64,000 bases of DNA from Tepidiformaceae bacterium (GCA_965203545.1 OZ241899.1:1358291-1422290), one strand, 5' to 3'. Numbered from the stretch's first letter, positions 17,431-25,086 are shown. A program made the numbers and translations. Notes: generated by a model not told the origin, from the sequence alone.

Positions 17431-17939
17431 GAGGAGCTGTCGCCGTCTTCCTGGCCCGTCTGCGCCTGAATCACGAACGCCCATACGAGGATGATGGCAC
17501 CGATCGTAATGGCGGAGTCGGCGACGTTGAAGGCGGGCCACTCGGGGAACTTGATGAAATCGGTGACTTTGCCGTCGCCGGCGCGGTCGATAAGGTTGCC
17601 GATGGCGCCGCCGAGCATGAGCGCGAGTCCGGCCCGGACGAGGGGGCTCGCCATGCCGGGGTTGAAGAGGTAGACGAGGATGAGCGCGACCCCGACGACG
17701 CTCGCGACGATCAGCAGCGCTCCCGCCCCCTCCAGGATGCCGAAGGCGGCGCCGGTGTTGGTGAAGTGCACGATGCGGACGTTCCAGTCCGGGTCGGGCC
17801 AGGCGTCCCCGCGGTCGAGCCGGGCGCGGATGATCCACTTCGTGACCAGGTCCCCGACGATGATGGCAGCGGCGAGGGCGAGAAAGCCGAAGTCGGCGCG
17901 GCCCAGGCGGGGAAGGGGGAGGCGGGGCATCGTTGTCAT
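17427..17939 (-). CDS. lspA: Lipoprotein signal peptidase II
   Basis: FTNTGAAFG, GGAIGNLIDR and VTDFI...FNVADSAI. About 170 aa with 4 TM segments. Confidence 0.9.
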   Translation of the reverse strand: MTTMPRLPLPRLGRADFGFLALAAAIIVGDLVTKWIIRARLDRGDAWPDPDWNVRIVHFTNTGAAFGILEGAGALLIVASVVGVALILVYLFNPGMASPLVRAGLALMLGGAIGNLIDRAGDGKVTDFIKFPEWPAFNVADSAITIGAIILVWAFVIQAQTGQEDGDSSS

Positions 17940-17980
17940 GATAGGGGGCGGGTGCGCACCGCTCCCGTAGGATTCGGGCG

Positions 17981-18370
17981 ATGCCACCGACCAAGCCCCT
18001 GGCGGAACGCATGCATCTGCGAGCAGGCGAGCGCCTGCTGCTCGTGGGCGCCCCAGACGGCTTCGCCGCCACACTTGAGGCTCCTGACAGCGTGGAGGTG
18101 GCGAACACGCCGCAGGGCACGTTCGACGTCATCCAGGTGTTCGTCACGACCCGCACCGCGCTGGAAGCGGAGGCGCCCCGGCTGAAGGCGCTGCTGAAAC
18201 CGGACGGCAAGCTCTGGATCGCCTATCCCAAGGGCACATCGAGACACCTGAGCGCCGACATCAACCGGGACGACATCCGCCGCTACGCGCTGACGGTGGG
18301 GTTGCAGACCGTGGCGCAGGTGGCGGTGGACGACGACTGGTCGGCGATTCGCTGCAAAGTGGTCGCGTAG
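17981..18370 (+). CDS. DUF3052-like conserved hypothetical protein
   Basis: 129 aa. The pattern LLLVGAPDGF...VIQVFV...LKPDGKLWIAYPKG...DDDWSAIRCKVV matches my memory of the DUF3052 family. Confidence 0.55.
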   Translation: MPPTKPLAERMHLRAGERLLLVGAPDGFAATLEAPDSVEVANTPQGTFDVIQVFVTTRTALEAEAPRLKALLKPDGKLWIAYPKGTSRHLSADINRDDIRRYALTVGLQTVAQVAVDDDWSAIRCKVVA

Positions 18371-18389
18371 TCCCAGCCAACCCCTTGCG

Positions 18390-18418
18390 TTGACGCGCCT
18401 TCCCGGCCCACCTAGGCT
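18390..18418 (+). promoter_or_regulatory. Candidate sigma-70-type promoter (TTGACG-N17-TAGGCT) giving a near-leaderless SDR transcript
   Basis: Hexamers at 18390-18395 and 18413-18418. The ATG is at 18428, only 9 nt after the -10 element, and there is no SD sequence. Confidence 0.3.
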
Positions 18419-18427
18419 GCGCGCGCT

Positions 18428-19339
18428 ATGGCGAAGCACCTGGAAGGCAAAACGGCAATCGTGACGGGCGGGGCCGGGGGCATGGGCTCCTGGATCTGCC
18501 GGATATTCGCGGAGCAGGGCGCAAAGGTCATCGTGGCCGACACGGGGGCCGACGTGGAAGGGCGGATGGGCGTGGACCCGAGCCGCGTCAACGCCGTCGT
18601 CGACGAGATCACGGCGGCGGGCGGCGAGGCCATCGCGGCCATCGGCGACGTCTCGGAGATGGACGTGGCGGAGGGGCTCGTGCGCACGGCGCTGGAGCGC
18701 TGGGGCAAGCTCGACATCCTCGTCTGCGCGCACGGCATCCTGCGCGAGCGAATGATCTTCAACATGACCGAGGAGGAGTGGGACGACTCGGTGAAGTCAC
18801 ACCTGAAGGGGTGTTTCGCGCCGACCAAGTTCGCTTCCATCCACTGGCGGCAGGAGCGGCAGGGCGGACGCATCATCTACTTCACCTCGGGGGCGGGCCA
18901 GCGCGGGGAGGCGGGCCAGCCGAACTACTCGGCGGCGCAGCAGGGGAAGGTCGGCCTGATGCTCTCGTGCGCGCAGGCGCTGAGCCGCTACGGCGTGACG
19001 GCGAACTGCATCGCGCCCGCGGCCTCGACGCGCATGACCGACCGCGGCCGGAGCGTCGACCGCGAGGGGCCGGCGCCGAGCCTCTCGGCGGCGGGCACGA
19101 AGATGGACCCGAAGAACGTCGTGCCGGCGATCGTCTACCTGGCATCGGACGAGGGCGGGAGCGTGACGGGCCGCGTGGTCGGCACCACCGGGCACGAGTT
19201 CACGATCTGGCGTGAGCCGTTCCGGGACCAGTCGATCTTCTCGCAGTCACCGCTCTGGGACATCGACGATCTGTTCGAGCAGATGCCGCGCACGCTGGCG
19301 GTTCACGACCTGAAGCCGCCCGAGCCGGCGTTCCCGTAG
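18428..19339 (+). CDS. SDR, MFE-2/Hsd4-type (3-hydroxyacyl-CoA dehydrogenase-like), tandem paralog A
   Basis: GKTAIVTGGAGGMG, a long insert before DILVCAHGILRE, and YSAAQQG (YxxxK-like). 303 aa. Confidence 0.85.
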   Translation: MAKHLEGKTAIVTGGAGGMGSWICRIFAEQGAKVIVADTGADVEGRMGVDPSRVNAVVDEITAAGGEAIAAIGDVSEMDVAEGLVRTALERWGKLDILVCAHGILRERMIFNMTEEEWDDSVKSHLKGCFAPTKFASIHWRQERQGGRIIYFTSGAGQRGEAGQPNYSAAQQGKVGLMLSCAQALSRYGVTANCIAPAASTRMTDRGRSVDREGPAPSLSAAGTKMDPKNVVPAIVYLASDEGGSVTGRVVGTTGHEFTIWREPFRDQSIFSQSPLWDIDDLFEQMPRTLAVHDLKPPEPAFP

Positions 19340-19350
19340 GAGGCGAAGCG

Positions 19351-20259
19351 ATGGCGAAGCACCTGGAAGGCAAGACCGCGATCGTGACGGGCGGGGCCGG
19401 CGGCATCGGCAGCTGGGTCTCGAAGCTGTACGCGGAGAACGGTGCGAAGGTCATCGTGGCTGACACCGGGGCGGACGTTGAGGGGCGGATGGGCATGGAC
19501 CCGAGCCGCGTCAACGCCGTCGTCGACGAGATCACGGCGGCGGGCGGCGAGGCGGTCGCGGCGGTCGGGGACGTGTCGGAGATGGACGTGGCGGAGGGGC
19601 TCGTGCGGACCGCGCTGGAGCGCTGGGGGAAGCTCGACATCCTCTGCTGCGCCCACGGCATCCTGCGCGAGCGGATGATCTTCAACATGACCGAGGACGA
19701 GTGGGACGGGTCGATCAAGTCGCACCTGAAAGGGTGCTTCGCGCCAACGAAGTTCGCCGCGATCCACTGGCGCCAGGAGCGGCAGGGCGGACGCATCATC
19801 TACTTCACGTCCGACGCGGGGATCCGCGGCAGCAGCGGGCAGCCGAACTACTCGGCGGCGCACGCGGGCAAGCTCGGCCTGATGCGCTCGAACGCGCGTG
19901 GGCTGAGCCGCTACGGCGTGACGAGCAACTGCATCGCGCCAGGGGCCTCGACACGCATGACCGACCGGGGTCTGGGACGGCAGGGCGAGGGCCCGCCGCC
20001 CAGCGCTTCCGCAGCGGGAACGGCCGGCGACCCCAAGAACGTGGCGCCGATCGCGGTGTGGCTGGCCTCGGATGCGGGCGCTGCGGCGAACGGGCAAACC
20101 TTCGGGGCGCGTGGGCACGTCATCACGCTCTACAGCGAGCCCGAGCGGGAGCGCCTGCTCCGCTTCGACGACCCGTTCATCGACATCGACGAGCTGTTCG
20201 AGCTCTGGCCGGAGACGCTCGGTTCGGAGCCACTCGAGAGGACGCAGGCTTGGACCTGA
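19351..20259 (+). CDS. SDR, MFE-2/Hsd4-type, tandem paralog B
   Basis: 302 aa, collinear with paralog A. It shares a 58-nt perfectly identical run (19496-19553 = 18573-18630). Confidence 0.85.
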   Translation: MAKHLEGKTAIVTGGAGGIGSWVSKLYAENGAKVIVADTGADVEGRMGMDPSRVNAVVDEITAAGGEAVAAVGDVSEMDVAEGLVRTALERWGKLDILCCAHGILRERMIFNMTEDEWDGSIKSHLKGCFAPTKFAAIHWRQERQGGRIIYFTSDAGIRGSSGQPNYSAAHAGKLGLMRSNARGLSRYGVTSNCIAPGASTRMTDRGLGRQGEGPPPSASAAGTAGDPKNVAPIAVWLASDAGAAANGQTFGARGHVITLYSEPERERLLRFDDPFIDIDELFELWPETLGSEPLERTQAWT

Positions 20260-20666
20260 CCGCCGAGCAGCTCGCCGACCGGCAGGCGATCGTCGCGGTG
20301 ATCGACCGGTATGCGACGTCGCTGGACGCAAAGGACTACGCGCGCTTCCGCACGTGCTTCAGCGACGACGCCATCGTGCACTACGGCGAGGCGCTGACGC
20401 CCGACGAGGCGGCGGCGTACGCGGAGGGGGTGCTCTCGCGGTACGCACACACGCAACACCTGCTGGGGAACTACGACATCACGCTCGACGGCGACCGGGC
20501 CTCCGCGCGCACCTACGTGCAGGCGAGCCACGTCTCCGACGAGGGCACCATCTGGGTCATGGGCGGGACGTACATCGACCGCTTCGAGCGACGCGAGGGC
20601 GAGTGGAAGATCGTCGAGCTCACGCTCGAGGGGAAGTGGTCGGAGGTTCGCACCATCTCGGCGTAG
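20250..20666 (+). CDS. SnoaL-like / NTF2-fold protein
   Basis: AIVAVIDRYATSLDAKDYARFRTCFSDDAIV...GEWKIVELTLE is typical of SnoaL_4-like proteins. The start is uncertain; the TTG at 20250 overlaps the upstream stop. Confidence 0.6.
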   Translation: MDLTAEQLADRQAIVAVIDRYATSLDAKDYARFRTCFSDDAIVHYGEALTPDEAAAYAEGVLSRYAHTQHLLGNYDITLDGDRASARTYVQASHVSDEGTIWVMGGTYIDRFERREGEWKIVELTLEGKWSEVRTISA

Positions 20667-20704
20667 CATTCCCACAACCGAACCAGAACACGAAAGGAAC
20701 GGCC

Positions 20705-21493
20705 ATGGCTAAGGAGATCGACCTTCAGGGCAAGGTGGCGCTCGTCACCGGGAGCGGACAGGGCATCGGCAAGGGCATCGCGACGGTGCTCAGCGAGTGC
20801 GGGGCGACGGTCGTCGTCTCGGACCTGAACCCCGACACGACGGCTGCGACGGCGGCGGAGCTGGGGGCGGCGGCGCTCCCGCTCGACGTGACCGACCAGG
20901 ATGCGTTCGACGCGGCCATCGACCAGATCGTGGCCGACCATGGCAGCCTCGACATCCTCGTGAATAACGCGGGCGTGTACCGCGAGTACGGCGGCGGGAT
21001 CGCCGACATCACGCCGGAGATGTGGCGCATCCTCTGGTCGGTGAACGTCGACGGCGTGTTCTACGGCTGCCAGGCGGCGGCGCGAGTGATGCTGGAGGCG
21101 GGGAACGGCGGACGCATCGTCAACATCGCCTCGACGCAGGCGGTTTCGCCGGGCGTGGGCGTGACCTACGACGGCTCCAAGGCGGCCGTGCTGCAGATCA
21201 CGCGGGCGCTGGCGCTGGAGCTGGGGCGCACGGGCATTACCGTGAACGCGGTGGCGCCGGGCGCGACCTGGGTCAACCCGGGCGATCCGCCCCCGCTCGA
21301 CCCGAACGCGACGATCCAGCTGACCGGCAACGGGCTCGCCGACGCAGTGGCGAACCGCATCGCCCGCATCCCGGCCGGACGCTGGGCGAAGCCGGAAGAG
21401 ATCGGGAACGCGGTGGCGTTCGTCTGCTCGCCGCTGGCGGACTACGTCAACGGCATCTACCTGAACGTCGACGGGGGCTGGCTTACTGAGTAG
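20705..21493 (+). CDS. Classical SDR oxidoreductase
   Basis: MAKEIDLQGKVALVTGSGQGIGKGIA, NNAG and YDGSKAA. The ATG at 20705 lies inside the long track ORF. Confidence 0.9.
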   Translation: MAKEIDLQGKVALVTGSGQGIGKGIATVLSECGATVVVSDLNPDTTAATAAELGAAALPLDVTDQDAFDAAIDQIVADHGSLDILVNNAGVYREYGGGIADITPEMWRILWSVNVDGVFYGCQAAARVMLEAGNGGRIVNIASTQAVSPGVGVTYDGSKAAVLQITRALALELGRTGITVNAVAPGATWVNPGDPPPLDPNATIQLTGNGLADAVANRIARIPAGRWAKPEEIGNAVAFVCSPLADYVNGIYLNVDGGWLTE

Positions 21494-21496
21494 AGC

Positions 21497-21627
21497 GCCG
21501 CGCTGGCGCGCGGCTGAGGGACGAGAAGAGCGCGCGGCGGGGCCGCGCTGAGGAGAGCGGCGGCTGCGCCGCCTGAGTGGGCGTTGGCGCACACGTCATG
21601 CGCTGCCGGAGACTGGCTACCACTCAG
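21497..21627. terminator. Highly structured convergent intergenic region: three GC hairpins plus a nested long-range 8-bp stem (candidate bidirectional terminators or a REP-like element)
   Basis: Hairpins are gccgcgc/gcgcggc (21497-21514), gcgcggc/gccgcgc (21532-21548) and ggcggc/gccgcc (21559-21573). Each is followed by (c)tgag. In addition, ctgagtgg (21573-21580) pairs with ccactcag (21620-21627). Confidence 0.4.
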
Positions 21628-21638
21628 CGAGCGCTCTC

Positions 21639-22424
21639 CTACGGCAGGCGGAGGAGGTGATTGCCGCCTTCGACGGGGATCACCTGGCCGGTGATGTCGC
21701 CGAAGAGGTCGCTGGCGACCGCGAGGGTGACGTCGGCGCAGTCGTCGACGGTGGTGATGCGGGCGAGAGGGGTCTGCTCAATAAAGGCCTTCGCGGAGGG
21801 CGAGTCCTCGGGCAGGTCGACGCGAGCCTCGTCGATCGGGGTGCCGCCACCGCCGTAGGCGTTCATGGCGGTGGGAACGAAGCCTGGGGCGACCGCGTTG
21901 ACGCGCACCTGGTCGGGACCAAACTCGCGGGCGGCGATCTTGGTGGCGAAGTTGATGGCGGCCTTGGCGGCGGAGTAGGGCGTGAGCCCGATGGGGATGG
22001 AGATGGCAGTGCTCGACGTGATGTTGATGAGCGAGCCGCCGCCGGTGGCGGCCAGGGCGTTGCCCATGTGCTTCATGAAGTAGATGAAGCCGAAGTACTG
22101 GATATCGGCGACCTCGTGGAGCTCCTCGGGCGTGATGTCCTTGATCAGGTTGAAGCGGACAATGCCGGCGGAGTTGACGGCGATGTCGAGGTTGCCCCAC
22201 TTGTCGATGGCGGCGTCAGCGAGGGCCTTGAGGTCGTCGTAGTCGCGGCCATCGCAGCGGATGGGGGTGGCGCCGATCTGGGAGGCCAGCTTCTCGAGGT
22301 TCTCCTGGCGGCGAGCGGCGATGATGAGCTCGGCGCCGTGCTCGGCGAAGCGCTCGGCGATGGCCCATCCAATGCCGCTCGAAGCCCCGAGGATGACCGC
22401 CTTCTTGCCGTCGAGGAGTCCCAT
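21639..22424 (-). CDS. Classical SDR oxidoreductase
   Basis: GKKAVILGASSGIGWAIA and YSAAKAA. 261 aa. Confidence 0.9.
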   Translation of the reverse strand: MGLLDGKKAVILGASSGIGWAIAERFAEHGAELIIAARRQENLEKLASQIGATPIRCDGRDYDDLKALADAAIDKWGNLDIAVNSAGIVRFNLIKDITPEELHEVADIQYFGFIYFMKHMGNALAATGGGSLINITSSTAISIPIGLTPYSAAKAAINFATKIAAREFGPDQVRVNAVAPGFVPTAMNAYGGGGTPIDEARVDLPEDSPSAKAFIEQTPLARITTVDDCADVTLAVASDLFGDITGQVIPVEGGNHLLRLP

Positions 22425-22501
22425 GCCGTTCGCTCCCTGCCCCAGTTGCGGGCTACGGCGGGGAGTGTACGGGGTCGCAATGGTAGGAGCCTCGCACGAG
22501 A

Positions 22502-22568
22502 AAGCCGCCCTCCATGCCTAAGGGGCGGCTTCTCGCAGCGGAGCTCCGGGCGAGGGGACTTCGCCCGG
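22502..22568 (-). terminator. Two GC-rich hairpins downstream of the AztD-like gene (candidate intrinsic terminator)
   Basis: ccgggcga/tcgcccgg (22546-22568) has an 8-bp stem. aagccgccc/gggcggctt (22502-22531) has a 9-bp stem and is followed on the minus strand by a short T-containing tail (tttctc). Confidence 0.35.
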
Positions 22569-22594
22569 CACTCCCCATCTAGCTCGGCCGGCGG

Positions 22595-23956
22595 CTAGTG
22601 GCCGGCCGCCCCGAGGCCAACGAAGGCGAGACTGGCGGGCGTGCCACCAACCTCCCACTCGGCGATCGTGGAGAAGGTCTCGAGGCTGACGCGCCTGACG
22701 AGCCCGTTGGCCGGATCCGTGATGACGAGGTCTTCGCCGACGAAGGTCATGGCCGGGCGTACCTCAGCGCCTGGGCCGAGGAGGGCGGCCTTCGTCACGG
22801 GCTCGCCGGTGTCGGCTTCGAAGACATGGAGGACGCCATCGGCCGTGAAGACGAAGAAGCGGTCGCCCTCGGGCCCGAAGGAGGCCGTGGCCGACTCGTC
22901 CATGACGCGGGTGAAGGCGCCGGTCGCAGGGTTGATGAACCAGAGACCGTCCTGACCCCAGCCCTCCTCGGTGCGGTAGGAGGCGGTGGCGAAGAAGGTG
23001 CCGGCCTCGTGGTGACCGTAAACGGTGCCGATGCGAGCGTTCTCCAGCATCTCCTCCGGGTTCTGGAAAAAGACGTGGCTGAAGGCGTCGCCGTCCTGCT
23101 GGAAGAGGAGGACGCCGCCGGTGCAGCCGAACAGGACGCCGGGAGCGCTGTGCGCCTCGCCGTGGAGGCCGGGGCAGGAGCGGTTGCTGGCGTCATAGAT
23201 GACGTTGTCGTTGAGATCGCGGACCTCGACGCCGACGGGGAGGGGGTCGTCGGCGTTGTCGGGGTTCTTCGTGGAGACGATGAAGCGGTCGCCTGCGAGG
23301 GCAACGGCGGAGCCGTGGTGCGGCCCGGCTTCGAGGATACGGGGTTCGTAAGCGTTACGGCCGGCGGCGAGACCCTCCTCTTCGAAGAGGAAGACGTGGC
23401 CGTGAGAATCGGCGAAGACGGCGACCCAGCCATGGACAGAGGTGTAGTGGATGGGGAGCTCGTCGGCGACGTCGAGGAGGCGGGCGACCGGGTCGATGAC
23501 GAGGTCTTCGTGGTCGCCGTGGGGGACGGTGTAGATGCCGCTGTCGAAGACGTGGATGCGGTCGTCGGCCTCGCCGGGGCCGCGGGAGAGGACGAAGGCG
23601 TAGCGTCCGTCGAGGCCGCTGTAGACGGTGGCCGAGGGGGCGGCCACCTCGAAGGCGCCGCGCGCGACGAAGCCCGTGCTGAGGTCGATCACGGACACAT
23701 AGGGCGAGTCGGCATCACTGACGATGATGCGGCCGACCTCGGCTGAGGCGACCATGTGGTCATCGTCGGCGTGGTCATCGTCGGCGTGGTCATCCTCCGC
23801 GTGGTCGTCCTCGCCGGCATGGTCGTCCTCGACGACCTCTCGGGCCGCGGCGGGGGCTTCGGTGGCAGGGGGCGGCTCGGAGCTGGAGTCGTCACCACAG
23901 GCGACGACAAGGAGGGCGGCGGCCAGAACGGCCACCAGGGCAATCGGGAACTTCAC
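22595..23956 (-). CDS. Lipoprotein with a His/Asp-rich N-terminal linker and a beta-propeller-like body, AztD-like putative metallochaperone
   Basis: Signal peptide plus lipobox (LLVVAC-GDD). Acidic His repeat DDHAGEDDHAEDDHADDDHADDDH. PHGDHEDL and many conserved-looking His/Asp residues. GTG start with GGAGGA 9 nt upstream. Confidence 0.55.
   Translation of the reverse strand: MKFPIALVAVLAAALLVVACGDDSSSEPPPATEAPAAAREVVEDDHAGEDDHAEDDHADDDHADDDHMVASAEVGRIIVSDADSPYVSVIDLSTGFVARGAFEVAAPSATVYSGLDGRYAFVLSRGPGEADDRIHVFDSGIYTVPHGDHEDLVIDPVARLLDVADELPIHYTSVHGWVAVFADSHGHVFLFEEEGLAAGRNAYEPRILEAGPHHGSAVALAGDRFIVSTKNPDNADDPLPVGVEVRDLNDNVIYDASNRSCPGLHGEAHSAPGVLFGCTGGVLLFQQDGDAFSHVFFQNPEEMLENARIGTVYGHHEAGTFFATASYRTEEGWGQDGLWFINPATGAFTRVMDESATASFGPEGDRFFVFTADGVLHVFEADTGEPVTKAALLGPGAEVRPAMTFVGEDLVITDPANGLVRRVSLETFSTIAEWEVGGTPASLAFVGLGAAGH
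23756..23830. repeat. 15-bp tandem repeat, about 5 units (gtggtcatcgtcggc-like), encoding (A-D/E-D-D-H)n
   Basis: Units at 23756, 23771 (identical to the first), 23786, 23801 and 23816. Degeneracy increases along the array. Confidence 0.9.
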
Positions 23957-24026
23957 GAAACGGGATCCTCCGGGATCAGAGCAGACTTCCGGGCACCCTC
24001 AAGCGCCCAGAACTGAGACCCTATCC

Positions 24027-24049
24027 TAAATGATACTTAGTATCAATTA
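24027..24049. promoter_or_regulatory. AT-rich 23-bp palindrome TAAATGATAC-TTA-GTATCAATTA, a candidate metalloregulator (Zur/Fur-type) operator
   Basis: The core TGATAC-N3-GTATCA is a perfect inverted repeat, and 9 of 10 arm positions are complementary. It is centred about 82 bp upstream of the AztD-like start and overlaps a TTGATA-N17-TAGGGT promoter-like pair on the minus strand. It is a striking AT island in a GC-rich genome. Confidence 0.45.
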
Positions 24050-24081
24050 GTCCGTAGTGCCCGTCTCGGTGCGGGGCGGTG

Positions 24082-24279
24082 TTAGCGGGCGCCGGGGTGG
24101 AAGATGGCCTCGATGGGGCGGCCGAAGAGGGCGGCGATGCGGAAGGCGAGGGGGAGGCTGGGGTCGTACTTGCCGGTCTCGATGGCGTTGACGGTCTGGC
24201 GACTGACGCCGAGCTCCTCGGAGAGATCGGCCTGGGTCCAGCCGCGCTCGGCGCGGAGTTCGCGCAGGGTGTTCTTCAC
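24082..24279 (-). CDS. XRE-family helix-turn-helix transcriptional regulator (65 aa)
   Basis: LRELRAERGWTQADLSEELGVSRQTVNAIETGKYDPSLPLAFRIAALF is a canonical Cro/C1 HTH. Its GTG start overlaps the upstream stop (GTGA). Confidence 0.9.
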   Translation of the reverse strand: MKNTLRELRAERGWTQADLSEELGVSRQTVNAIETGKYDPSLPLAFRIAALFGRPIEAIFHPGAR

Positions 24280-24671
24280 AGCCTGCGCCGCCTGACGATG
24301 AAGTCACAGACGAGCCAGAGGGCACCCATGACACCCCACACCCACGTCCAGCTGATTCGCGGGAGATCGACAGCTTGTTCGACAAAGCCGTAGATGAAGG
24401 TGATGACGGCGGCGCCGGCAAAGGCCAGGGCGATCGCCTCGAGGGTGATCCGCTGTTGAAGTTCGTCGATGCGCCTGTGGAAGCGCACCGCCGCCATAAC
24501 GATGAGGGAGCCGGGGATCACAGGCAGCAACGCCACCGCATAGCGCCAGCCTGCGTGCGGGTTTGCCTCAACGATGAAGTCGGCCAGGAAGAGGGCTGCC
24601 GCAAAGGCGACCATCGATCCGGAGAACTCGCGGTACCAGCGTCGACGGGCCGCATGCTGGTCGATGGGCAT
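24276..24671 (-). CDS. Small integral membrane protein (4 predicted TM), paralog 2
   Basis: Internal ATG at 24671 (MPIDQHAARRRWYREF...). Contains the hydrophobic helices and the shared motif RxxDELxQRxxLEAxAxAFAG. 131 aa. Confidence 0.7.
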   Translation of the reverse strand: MPIDQHAARRRWYREFSGSMVAFAAALFLADFIVEANPHAGWRYAVALLPVIPGSLIVMAAVRFHRRIDELQQRITLEAIALAFAGAAVITFIYGFVEQAVDLPRISWTWVWGVMGALWLVCDFIVRRRRL

Positions 24672-24682
24672 GGCTTCCCCCT

Positions 24683-25072
24683 TCACAGCCAGCGCTTCCT
24701 CGCCAGGAAACCGCCGAGGATCCAGAGCACGGCCATAACCGGCCAGACCCAGAACCAGCTGATTCGGTGGAGACCCGCCAGGTCGAGGAAGCCGTAGGTG
24801 AAGGTGAGGAGGGCGGTGCCGGCGAAGGCGAACGCGAAGGCCTCGAGGGCCATGCGCTGATGGAGCTCGTCCATGTGGCGGTAGTAGCGCACGTACGCAG
24901 CGACCGTGAAGACCCAGGGGATCATCGGCGTGATGGCCACCGGGTAGCGCCAGACCGCGTCCGGGTGCGTCTGGAGGACTGTGATGACGCCGGCAAGCAG
25001 ACCCGAGTAGACGATGAAGGCAACCCACACCCAGCGGCTGTAGATTCGCTTGGCAACGTCCTGGTCCAACAT
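24683..25072 (-). CDS. Small integral membrane protein (4 predicted TM), paralog 1
   Basis: 129 aa. About half of its positions are identical to the downstream paralog by eye. GGAGG lies 6 nt upstream of the ATG. Confidence 0.7.
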   Translation of the reverse strand: MLDQDVAKRIYSRWVWVAFIVYSGLLAGVITVLQTHPDAVWRYPVAITPMIPWVFTVAAYVRYYRHMDELHQRMALEAFAFAFAGTALLTFTYGFLDLAGLHRISWFWVWPVMAVLWILGGFLARKRWL

Positions 25073-25086
25073 GGGGCGCCTCCGAA

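Noticed and set aside
16507-18210. 567-aa ORF spanning rluD and lspA
   Set aside because: Pseudouridine synthase similarity begins at the GTG at 17430. The upstream two-fifths overlap lspA out of frame and are Arg/Pro-rich.
23756-23830. Possible CRISPR-like or other non-coding repeat arrays (also 33881-33979)
   Set aside because: The units are 15 and 33 bp, directly abutting without spacers, in frame inside well-supported coding regions. No cas genes are present.
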